Below, piece by piece: positions 1 to 9,436 of a stretch of DNA of 64,000 bases. The stretch spans positions 32,001 to 96,000 of the IMG/VR virus record IMGVR_UViG_3300008954_000002; one strand, given 5' to 3'. The DNA is from a virus. A model generated the notes under the pieces. That model was not told the DNA's origin, did not search any database, and saw nothing but the letters and a program-made list of their open reading frames with translations. Numbering within the stretch: position 1 is the first letter of the stretch; each line of letters begins with the position of its first letter. Made by a program: the position numbers and the translations under genes.

Positions 1-1
1 G

Positions 2-913
2 GGCGGCGGCAAGCTTGCCAGAGCTTTCTTAGACTTAGGCTTCAACAAGACACTACTGATTAATACTACTACCAAAGATCAACCTGACGGTACTCCTAAC
101 GAGCATTTTGTACTACTCGAAGGTGCTGATGGTGTAGGCAAAGATGTAACTCTAGGCAAACAAGTACTTTCTGATAATAGTGCAGTAGTAGAAGATGCAC
201 TTAGAACCCGTATGGGCAAAGTTGATTGGCTTTTTGTAATAGCTGGAGGCGGTGGTGGGACAGGAAGTGCAACCTCAGCCTTAAACAGTTCTTTTCAGCG
301 TTATCTTACCTCTTTAGAAGCAGAAGGAAAAGTAGTCTACATAGTGACTAAGCCTACTGCTCAAGAGCTCCTAAACCCAACAATCAAGAATAACTATACT
401 AGCTTGCTGAATGATATCAATAGCAATCCACATATTGTTATTGATAATGAAAGACAACTTGAACTATTACGAGGAAAGGTGGGCATATTGGGTATGTACC
501 CAACTGCTAACAAATCTCTTGCTAAGCTTTTATACCAAGTACTTAAGCTAGCTTCAGAAAACTCTCCTGTACAAACATTTGATAGAAAAGATCTAGAAAA
601 GCTTTTTTCTACCAATGGAAGAATATTTCTAGGTACCACTATTATACGCAACCCAGAAGATAAGAACCTAGGATCTACAATCTTCCAGAATTGCCTTAAG
701 GGGTCTCCTTGTCCTCTACCTAGAGGTAAACCCCAGACAGGAGTTCTACTCCTAGTTATAGACTCTGCTATGGCTTCTAGTCCAGAAGTATCTAAGCATA
801 TTGAGGCTGCAACATCTTATGTAGGCGGAAGAACAGAAACACTTTTCTCTGGCGTATATATACGGGAAGGATTGCCTGGTATGGTAGTCATAAGTGCTTT
901 TGGCGGCTTATAA
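2..913 (+). CDS. Tubulin/FtsZ-family GTPase (PhuZ/TubZ-like), 5' end outside the window
   Basis: Frame is open from nt 2 (GGGKLARAF...INTT...GADGVGKD) into the listed ORF, which has the tubulin signature GGGGGTGS and later IDNE and N..LA elements. Confidence 0.85.
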   Translation, partial: GGGKLARAFLDLGFNKTLLINTTTKDQPDGTPNEHFVLLEGADGVGKDVTLGKQVLSDNSAVVEDALRTRMGKVDWLFVIAGGGGGTGSATSALNSSFQRYLTSLEAEGKVVYIVTKPTAQELLNPTIKNNYTSLLNDINSNPHIVIDNERQLELLRGKVGILGMYPTANKSLAKLLYQVLKLASENSPVQTFDRKDLEKLFSTNGRIFLGTTIIRNPEDKNLGSTIFQNCLKGSPCPLPRGKPQTGVLLLVIDSAMASSPEVSKHIEAATSYVGGRTETLFSGVYIREGLPGMVVISAFGGL

Positions 914-914
914 G

Positions 915-1607
915 CTACCTACCTAGTACTTCATCTACCCAGCCAAGAACAGTGGCTCCATTCCAACCATTCATACCATTATATAAAATCATTTCATCTG
1001 TAATAACAACAAGTGTTGGCCAAGCTGAAATTGGGTAACCGTCAATACCGGTAAGATCAACTAGATCTCTTGAACCTAAAAGCACTGCTGTGCTAGTTAA
1101 ATTATACGCATTAGCCCAAGCAACTAGATCCTCTTGTACTACTGGGTTGCGTGCTTCATCTTCTATAAGTACAGTTACCCATATCACATCATAGCCATAT
1201 GCCTGATACTTATCCTGTACCATCTGTGCTTCTGGTGCAATCATCTTGCATACTGAACACCACATAGTAGAAAAATCTATAATAATTACACTGCCATAAT
1301 GATCATATAAGTTCCAGTCATCACCATTTTGATCTACAAGTGTAAAATCACAAGGATGTGAACCAAGCCACTGATCGCAATCAGTCCATGTAATTGGGCT
1401 AGGAGCATCAGTATCACTTATAGCAGGCTCAGTAACATCTATGTCACCAATTGATGGATCTACTGAAACTATTGACGTATCACTATTACTAGTATTTTCA
1501 GCAACCTCTACAGTTTGACTACCTTGGCAAGCAATAAATATGTAACATATTGCTACTAAGAAACTTGTAATAAAAATAATAGTACTTCTATTTTTAAAAA
1601 ATGACAT
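915..1607 (-). CDS. TlpA/thioredoxin-like lipoprotein
   Basis: Signal peptide ending FIAC; DFTLVDQNG...IIDFSTMWCSVC (CxxC); cis-Pro motif WPT. Confidence 0.8.
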   Translation of the reverse strand: MSFFKNRSTIIFITSFLVAICYIFIACQGSQTVEVAENTSNSDTSIVSVDPSIGDIDVTEPAISDTDAPSPITWTDCDQWLGSHPCDFTLVDQNGDDWNLYDHYGSVIIIDFSTMWCSVCKMIAPEAQMVQDKYQAYGYDVIWVTVLIEDEARNPVVQEDLVAWANAYNLTSTAVLLGSRDLVDLTGIDGYPISAWPTLVVITDEMILYNGMNGWNGATVLGWVDEVLGR

Positions 1608-2310
1608 ATTAGCTCCTGATATAGCTTACTTAGCAGAATAACATATATAGTTCACTTTATTCTGCTATCTTATGATGATAAGATCAAAATATGTCTCAGG
1701 CTCCTTGGTTTATAGTGTTCCTGCTTATGCTTTCTTGTTTTCTTGTAGGACATGTCACTGGCTTTATTAGTTATGGTCTATCACTTATAGAAAAGAAAAA
1801 AGAAAGCAATACCCTGCCAGACAATATAATTCCATTCCCTAATGATATAAGACAACCTATTGTTATAGAGATTAATACTAATGCAGATAGACATAGAACA
1901 ACATATTCAAAATCTGTTGACAGACATTATCAATCCAGGACTAGAAGATTATCAGACAACGATCACTCTGATTAAAGTAGAGCCACCTGAGCCTATTGTA
2001 ATTGTAGCAATTGAAATAGAATCATTGGATGAAATAGATAAAAATACAATACTTAATATGGTTGAAGTATATCTTAGAGATGAAACAAATATAGATACAC
2101 TTATTGTGCTAGATGACTAAAATATTATGTCGGACGATCAACAGCTTCTAACCACAGCCCTTATTACCATTATTAATCTTGAACTTAAGATGGCCTATAT
2201 GGTTCTTGAACAACCATCTCAATTCCCAAACCCTCAAAAAATGCTATATCATAATATACAAAATACAATGATAGCTGTAAAAAAACTACAAAACGTATTA
2301 GAGCAAGACT

Positions 2311-2709
2311 CTACCTCTTTCTAAGCCTTGTGGTATGAAGACGAGCTATCTGTATACTCTTCTTCCAAAAGACAATTCTTAAAGTTGCTACTACTTCGTT
2401 TCGTGGCATCTCGCTAGAATGTACACCGCCCTTACCCATGTGGCATGCTTTACATAGAGTGATGCCATTATCTAAATCATATGCAAATTGTGGTCTATAA
2501 TTCTTTGATATAACATGATGTGCATGTAGTACTTTGCTTTTACAATTACATGCAACGCATCTATAGTCATCTATTTCTCTAATAGCTAAAGACCACTTTC
2601 GAAGTTTATCTTTATTAAGTACAATATTAGTCGAAGCCTTACGGCTTCGCCTTCTGCGGGGCTTACCTCTTGAGAGATTTTTCCTTCTTTTATATAATCT
2701 TCTACGCAT
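2311..2709 (-). CDS. HNH endonuclease
   Basis: CVAC...HAHH...NGITLCKACH motif. Confidence 0.85.
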   Translation of the reverse strand: MRRRLYKRRKNLSRGKPRRRRSRKASTNIVLNKDKLRKWSLAIREIDDYRCVACNCKSKVLHAHHVISKNYRPQFAYDLDNGITLCKACHMGKGGVHSSEMPRNEVVATLRIVFWKKSIQIARLHTTRLRKR

Positions 2710-2744
2710 TGTTCTTAATAAACCAAAATAAAAGATTTATATAC

Positions 2745-2772
2745 TTGCACTGATTTGAAAACCTGTTATAAC
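2745..2772 (+). promoter_or_regulatory. Putative sigma70-type promoter
   Basis: TTGCAC-N16-TATAAC with extended -10 TG, upstream of the + strand gene run. Confidence 0.45.
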
Positions 2773-2826
2773 TCTGTTTCTGTTTTTATCTTAATATACT
2801 AAAACAGATACACAAAGGATAATAAC

Positions 2827-2955
2827 ATGTTAAAAACCAGCCTCATACTAATGTTTGTATGCATATTTTTATGTGGATGCACTTCTAAAGAGAAAGATTC
2901 TGCAATCGACACAGCAGATATTGATACTGCTGAAGCTATAGATACCGCAGAATAA
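2827..2955 (+). CDS. Small lipoprotein with IDTA repeats (42 aa, below the ORF-track cutoff)
   Basis: MLKTSLILMFVCIFLCGCTSKEKDSAIDTADIDTAEAIDTAE; lipobox LCGC; AAGGA upstream. Confidence 0.6.
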   Translation: MLKTSLILMFVCIFLCGCTSKEKDSAIDTADIDTAEAIDTAE

Positions 2956-3610
2956 TACTCTTACTTATCTTACTATAAACAATAAGTACTTTTAATGACC
3001 ATACATGATTTAGATCTTCTTGAAAATATAAAAATATATCTTATGCAATGTCAGCAATACCTTCTTGCAGAAGTTGGTCTTGAGCCAACTAATACATTGA
3101 TAGCAGATATAGACATATTGATAGAGAAGATCGACTATAAACTTAATGTTAGCTCAGATGAGCAGCCTTCTGATCAACAAGAGATTGACCCATTTGATAT
3201 GTCTCTTACAGGATTTTAACTCTAATGATAGATATACTGATCGCCATTCCAATTTATTTCCTACTGGGACTATCTGTAATAGCGATGACATATGAAGTAA
3301 TTGAGCGAACCTAATAATGCATAAAGCACTAATACCTCTAATATTACTAGGAACTGTTGATAAAGTAGAAGATAATATAATTAGTGTAGAAATACCTAAT
3401 GTCCAACTAATTAATATTCCTTATACACTAGATAATAATGAGCTTCTTACAGACTCAACAATCTACTTCTTTCCTAACCAATTGATCCCATGTATAGTGG
3501 AAGAAGGAGCAACTCTATATTTTAGAGTTGAACCCAATTCACTTCAAATCAAGTGTGAACTTGATCCTATATATATGAATCCTATGAAAAGATATATTTA
3601 CTTATAAGAT

Positions 3611-3934
3611 ATGCTCTATACCTATGAAGCCATTGTTACTGGTGTCTATGACGGAGATAGCATTACACTAAAATGCGATCTTGGTTATAAAATAACCTAT
3701 GAAATAAAAGTACGCTTATACGGTATAGATACTCCTGAGCTTAGAGGAAGTTCAAGAGAAAAAGGATTAGAAGCACGGGACTTCTTAAGAGAACTTATTC
3801 TTGATAAGAAAATCATATTTCACTCTATTAAAGATAGAAAAGGTAAATATGGCAGGTACTTAGGAATTATTTACCTAGATGACATAAATATAAATGATCT
3901 CCTATTAGACAAAGGGTTCGCAGAGCCCTATTAA
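3611..3934 (+). CDS. Thermonuclease (SNase-like)
   Basis: VYDGDSI...VRLYGIDTPE...KYGRYL motifs. Confidence 0.9.
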   Translation: MLYTYEAIVTGVYDGDSITLKCDLGYKITYEIKVRLYGIDTPELRGSSREKGLEARDFLRELILDKKIIFHSIKDRKGKYGRYLGIIYLDDININDLLLDKGFAEPY

Positions 3935-4127
3935 TCTCGCGTTAGAACTCTTAAAATATAGAAATATATAGTTTGAGTTTTACGTATTTAGAAATTTGTA
4001 TTACTTCTTATACAACAAGAAGATTAAAGTCTTCTTGTTACTACTTACATCTTGTTGTTGCTATCCCGCTCATAGACATCTAACTTATTTATTCAGAACG
4101 CTAGCTATGAATATGAGTTTACATGTC

Positions 4128-4155
4128 TTGCTCTTAGGATACTAGCTGGTATAAT
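4128..4155 (+). promoter_or_regulatory. Putative sigma70-type promoter
   Basis: TTGCTC-N16-TATAAT with extended -10 TG. Confidence 0.45.
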
Positions 4156-4453
4156 AAGTAGTCAGCTCAACAACTTCTATGAAGTTCATAGTACAAAAAG
4201 CTAAATACTATTTATTTAACTTAAAACTATATACTTATGAGATTAAAATAGGAATTTATTATATCCTATTTAATATTCTGATTGTATTTTTATATATAGC
4301 TTTACTTAACAAACAAATAGAACTTGCTAATGTCATCTTGATAATTATCTTAGTTATGACATCTGCTATTTACACTATTTTAGGTAAAGGATAATTATTT
4401 ATTTAGAGTCTTGCACAATATAGAGTTAATTAACCTATTAAAGTGAGCTAATT

Positions 4454-4951
4454 ATGAGAACAAAATCTCAGAACTACGACTCTGTTTTACACAAATCTAT
4501 ACAAGCAACACCAGAGGAATGGCTAGCACCGTTTGACTTGGTGTTGAGCCAAATGTTTAATACAGCTTTTCCACAAGCTTCCAAGGAACTAGGTGAAAAC
4601 TTCTTTATTAAAGGATCATATCCTAAAGTAAATGTTCTTAATGAAGAAGAACAAGTTACTATAGAAGCTGCCATTCCTGGCTTGGCAAGAGATAATGTAT
4701 CAATTGTTATTGCTGATAATATCTTAACCATTATTGGCGATAAAAATCAAATAGCAGAAATAACTGAAAGTCAGTTTATAAGGCGCGAATTAAAGCGTTC
4801 AGCTTTTAAACGCTCCTTTAGCTTGTCTAATAATCTCGATGTAGATAGTATATCTGCTACCCAAAAAAATGGGATACTAACTATACGAATAAGGAAAAAG
4901 GTAGTAATCCCCCATCCTTCTATAGATCGAAAGACTATAGAAATAACTTAG
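4454..4951 (+). CDS. Small heat shock protein (Hsp20/alpha-crystallin)
   Basis: YPKVNV...AIPG...RRE...F.RSF.L...ISA...NGILTI. Confidence 0.92.
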   Translation: MRTKSQNYDSVLHKSIQATPEEWLAPFDLVLSQMFNTAFPQASKELGENFFIKGSYPKVNVLNEEEQVTIEAAIPGLARDNVSIVIADNILTIIGDKNQIAEITESQFIRRELKRSAFKRSFSLSNNLDVDSISATQKNGILTIRIRKKVVIPHPSIDRKTIEIT

Positions 4952-5000
4952 CAATATCTTAAAACACAAAGTTTATACAACTTGTAATATAGGAAATATA

Positions 5001-5426
5001 ATGATAGCTAAGCAAATAAATATAAGCCCTACAATTCTCAAACAAGGAAAAGAAGTTCCTACAACTGATACAACTCTACAAGGTTATATAGCCTGTAGTT
5101 ATACTCATATTGTAGATGTCTTGGGTCCTCCTGAAGCAGGTAGTAGCGATAATAAAACAACAGCAAATTGGTCTATCAAATTTGACGATGGAATAATCGC
5201 CACTATATATGATTGGAAAGTTGGAACAGCTTACTTAGGTAAAACAGGCATAACCCCAGAACAAGTGCTAGAATGGTGCGTAGGAGGCTATACAAGCCAA
5301 GCGCTACACAATACTCAAGCTCTACTAGCACTTGATAATGAGTCAGTTCTTAAAGCTAATCTTAAGGCAGATCTTGAACAAAGAAAAATCTTCTGGAAGA
5401 AGATAAAAGAGCTATCTAATAGATAA
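5001..5426 (+). CDS. Phage hypothetical protein
   Basis: Clean ORF with AGGA SD; no function recognised. Confidence 0.55.
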   Translation: MIAKQINISPTILKQGKEVPTTDTTLQGYIACSYTHIVDVLGPPEAGSSDNKTTANWSIKFDDGIIATIYDWKVGTAYLGKTGITPEQVLEWCVGGYTSQALHNTQALLALDNESVLKANLKADLEQRKIFWKKIKELSNR

Positions 5427-5446
5427 TAAATATAAACTATAGGTAC

Positions 5447-5522
5447 GCGCCCGTAGCTCAGTATGGATAAGAGCACGAGGTTTCTACCCTCGCGGCCGTG
5501 GGTTCAAATCCTACCGGGCGTA
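5447..5522 (+). tRNA. tRNA-Arg(UCU)
   Basis: Acceptor GCGCCCG/CGGGCGT; D-arm TAGCTCAG..GGATA.GAGC; anticodon stem CGAGG/CCTCG with loop TT-TCT-AC; T-loop GGTTCAAATCC; no encoded CCA. Confidence 0.93.
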
Positions 5523-6208
5523 CCCTATTACACCTTGGATACCCTTAAAAAGATGATGTGGACCTTAGTCTCATACCAAAATGATAAACTCTTAGTGACT
5601 GAAAGCAACGGACCTCATGGCGAAGCAACTGCTTCTAATCACTTTGCTAAAACTTACTCTAATATACTTCTACTAATACCTGGCCGTCATTCAAAAGAAA
5701 TCTATTTTCTAAATAAAAAGGATTTAACATGCAAAAAACTGGTCGATTTATACAAGCTATAATTATGCGTTCTAACGCTAGAAAACAAGAAGCATTAGGC
5801 AATATAGAACTTATTCTAGATGAACCCAACCTAGAATTAAATCTAGCCAATAGACTAGAAAAAGAGATAGAAGAAGTAGCTCAGGCAGACTTAGTATTAT
5901 CTACTATCTCAAGCCTCTTCCCTACTCCTTCTCCAGCAAGTGAGCTACCTCCAGCTCCTCTACATGCAATAGTAGAAGAAGATGAATGATAGTCAAAAAG
6001 ATAAAACTCCACTTCTATTAAAGATAATTATCTTTACTACAATTACAATAATATGCATACTAGGAACAGCTATCCCTGCTAGAAAATGTACTTATTCTAA
6101 TAGTCAATTCTAAATAAATAATACCTTCAGCAGGCTTACGCCTGCTCTTCCTGCGGCAGTTCATTAGAACTCTATTAATCTAAAATTAAGTGCTATAAGG
6201 AATAGCTG

Positions 6209-6643
6209 ATGAATAAATTTACTGGTATTGGTAACTTGGGTTCAAACCCTCAACTGCGGAAGACAGACTCGGGTATATCTGTAACAAACTTTAGTATTGC
6301 TATTGATAGAACCTACTATCAAGGCGAGGGTTCGAATAGGCAAACAGTTAAAGGAACTGATTGGATTCCAGTTGTTGCATGGGTAGGGCTTGCAGAAATT
6401 TGCTGTAAGCACCTACAGAAAGGCTCAAAGATTTGTGTAGAGGGAGTTATTAGACCTCGCTCATATCAAAATAGTCGAGGCACTACTCATAATACATTTG
6501 AAGTAATTGCTTCTGCAGTACACTTTTTGGACAAGATCCGTTCTAACAGTGAAGTTATGAACCAAGAAGAATCAGATACTAATACATCTGAAAAACTTGC
6601 AAGATTTATTGCAAACCACAGAGAAACATCTAGTCCTCTTTAG
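6209..6643 (+). CDS. ssb: Single-stranded DNA-binding protein
   Basis: MNK..GIGNLGSNPQLR...NFSIA...TDW..VVAW..LAE...LQKGS...VEG. Confidence 0.93.
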   Translation: MNKFTGIGNLGSNPQLRKTDSGISVTNFSIAIDRTYYQGEGSNRQTVKGTDWIPVVAWVGLAEICCKHLQKGSKICVEGVIRPRSYQNSRGTTHNTFEVIASAVHFLDKIRSNSEVMNQEESDTNTSEKLARFIANHRETSSPL

Positions 6644-7064
6644 GTTACTATAATAGGCAGCTGGGATATCTTCCCATGTTGCCTATTATTCTATACAACT
6701 TGCTGTGCTAATATATCTTAAATGCGAGGTATATGATGGCCAAATCTGTAGACAAAGATACAATAGATCAAGTTACAGAATTATTAGATATAATAGAAGC
6801 AGCTAACTTATCTAATATAGCTAAACTATCTATATGGTTAGCACTTACACAAAAAGTCTCAGCCACTGAGCCGGATCTGCTAACTACCACTATATTTAAT
6901 ATGATAGTAGAGGGCTTATGTGGTGATACTAACGATTTTCTTAATAGTACCTTAGTTTTTACTACTGCATTCGATAATGTTTCAAGATTTATTGTAGAAA
7001 ACTTTGACGATCTTATAGAACAAGAACATATTGCTAAAGATAAAGATGATGACTTCTTAAACTA

Positions 7065-7265
7065 ATGTTTAATACAATATCACCTATTATAGATCTACTT
7101 ACTAATAAATTGATTAGTAGGAAACTGCTTGCATTTGGACTTGCTACCTACCTTTTAGCAAACGATAACTTAACATCAGGCGATTGGACAATTATCACCT
7201 GCATTTATATAGGAGTTCAAGGTGCAATTGACTTCTGGAAAGTTAAGCACAGTATATCACCTTAA
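7065..7265 (+). CDS. Small two-TM membrane protein (holin-like)
   Basis: SRKLLAF start of a hydrophobic segment, second hydrophobic segment, basic C-terminus. Confidence 0.4.
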   Translation: MFNTISPIIDLLTNKLISRKLLAFGLATYLLANDNLTSGDWTIITCIYIGVQGAIDFWKVKHSISP

Positions 7266-7821
7266 TAATTTAACCCAACAAATGAGATCATGTAAGGAAT
7301 GCTCCTTGCATGAGGAAGCAATACGCTCAGTACCAGGCTTCTCAACCTCTCCTCTTGCAAACATAGATTGTATGCTTATTGGAGAAGGCCCTGGTGAAGA
7401 TGAAGATAATCATGGATTACCATTTATTGGTAAGGCTGGGCAACTACTACAACAAATACTAACAGATATAGGACTAACAGAAAATATATACATTACTAAT
7501 GTAGTTAAACATCGTCCTCCTAAAAACAGAAAACCACATAAGCACGAAATGAAAACATGTGGGTTACATTTCTTACTTAGAGAAATAGATGAAATAAATC
7601 CTAAAAAAATAGTATGCTTAGGTAGAACATCTGCTGAATATCTTCTTGAAATATTAGAGCTACCATTTAAAGGTTCTCTCAGAGGACATAGATTCATGTA
7701 TATGGATATCCCTGTCCTCTGCACATGGCACCCAGCTTATATTCTTAGAAGAGAAGATAAACTAAGCGAATTGCTTGAAGATCTTACTTCTATAAGCATG
7801 TCTAACCTCACTCAAAAATAA
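7222..7821 (+). CDS. Uracil-DNA glycosylase family 4 (start may be near 7282)
   Basis: CKEC, IGEGPGEDED..G.PF.GKAG, NVVK.RPP.NR.P, WHPAY. Confidence 0.92.
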   Translation: MQLTSGKLSTVYHLNNLTQQMRSCKECSLHEEAIRSVPGFSTSPLANIDCMLIGEGPGEDEDNHGLPFIGKAGQLLQQILTDIGLTENIYITNVVKHRPPKNRKPHKHEMKTCGLHFLLREIDEINPKKIVCLGRTSAEYLLEILELPFKGSLRGHRFMYMDIPVLCTWHPAYILRREDKLSELLEDLTSISMSNLTQK

Positions 7822-8187
7822 TAAATATAATGCAATCAACTCCATATACAGTCTTAGTATCTTTTGCAGGTACTCTAAATCTAGAAACATTATCTACAGA
7901 AAATAGAGTTGCGGCTGAAACCAATTCCACAGTATACCTTCTAAATAAAGTATATACTGAATTAAACAGAGCAATAGCTCATGGCTATATCTCTAGTAAT
8001 TCTATAGACATTAAAGCAGTATCACTTGAAAAACAGAACTTTTTAATTAAGGCTAATGAAGAAAGTACAGTTAAGCAAATATCTTGTACTGACCAGTCAA
8101 GCCAAAGCCTACTAAATAAAGAACTACTTTTATACTATAAGCCTACTCATTCACAAGGAGAACCCATGATATCTCTATTATCGAATA

Positions 8188-8562
8188 GTGAATCACCCTC
8201 AACGGCTTAAGAAGCCTCCAGGAGGTCATAGACACTTTGCCTTTGCAATTATAGGTAAGACTATCTATATAGGTTGGAACAATAGTAAGACAAGACCTCA
8301 ACTCTTACATATAAAGAAAAGTGGCGTTGCTGTTGCATGTCATCATGCTGAAGCACACGCAATATATAAAGTACCATACAGTAAAAGGAAGGATGCTAAA
8401 ATATATGTAATGAGAATAAGAAAAAATGGTAATCTAGCATTAAGCAAACCCTGTTCAAATTGCATTAGATTGCTAAAAGAATACAAAATAAAGCCTAGAA
8501 ATATCTGGTATACAGATAAACATGGCAAATGGACAAACCTCCATGAAAACAAAACTGTATAG
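8188..8562 (+). CDS. Zn-dependent cytidine/dCMP deaminase-like protein
   Basis: HAE...SKPCSNC deaminase motif. Confidence 0.8.
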   Translation: MNHPQRLKKPPGGHRHFAFAIIGKTIYIGWNNSKTRPQLLHIKKSGVAVACHHAEAHAIYKVPYSKRKDAKIYVMRIRKNGNLALSKPCSNCIRLLKEYKIKPRNIWYTDKHGKWTNLHENKTV

Positions 8563-9436
8563 TGGAACAAGTTATTGGCTTAGCAGGGCAGGTCATTATA
8601 ACTTCTATTATCAATATGGCTCTCCCTTAAAGTTAGAAAATACAATAATGGGAGAGAAACTACTTTGGCTATCAGACAATCAGCAATATTTGGCATATAG
8701 AATAGAACCAAATGATATTCCTAATTTTCAGTCTAAAATAAATGTTATATGGATAAAAAATGAAGAGTAGTAAAATTAAAAAACTTCAGAAAGTATTGTT
8801 TGATAGCATATTAAAAAACAACTTGCTAAAAGCCCAACTTACTAGATACCAATCAAAAATCAGCCAGCTTGAAAATAGACTACTAAGATTAGATAAAAAG
8901 AACTCAGAAGAGTTAGAAATAGTAGCACTAGCTGAAGATATACTTGAGTAATAGGATTAGTGATGACACTATCAATTCTTCCCCTCACTATTTTCTCTAT
9001 AGTTGGGTTAATAATTACTAGTTATTACTTTATCTGTGTAGGCAAAGCACTTGTATACTATGTAAAATTCCATAGCTTTCCATTAACAGAAAAAGAACAG
9101 CAATTAAAAATCCTCCAACAAGAAAATAAAAGACTTAATGAGATCATTTCTAGACTTGAATCTGAAACAGAAGAAATGACTCGCGCTTTAATACAGCGCC
9201 TCTCTTAACTAATAAAAGATATATATGCTTTATACTACTTTCTTAGATACATCTCAGTATCAACCCTATTATACTCCTGCTCAAAATATACATACCGTCT
9301 CTTATATTCCGTACATTGGATGTACGTTATCTGCAGATACGACAAGCTTGTATACTGCTTATTTTAGTTTTTCTCGCTAAATAAGTGCATATACATAGTT
9401 GATAGGAGCTATTCGATAGATTTACAATAGCTATAA

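Noticed and set aside
5476-5492. tRNA loop contains CTA, suggesting an amber suppressor and a recoded genome
   Set aside because: The 5-bp stem and 7-nt loop place TCT at positions 34-36 (Arg). Conserved genes are full length in code 11 and several end cleanly in TAG.
5463-5552. N-terminal part of ORF 5463-5762
   Set aside because: It overlaps tRNA-Arg; the real start is probably an ATG near 5553-5556.
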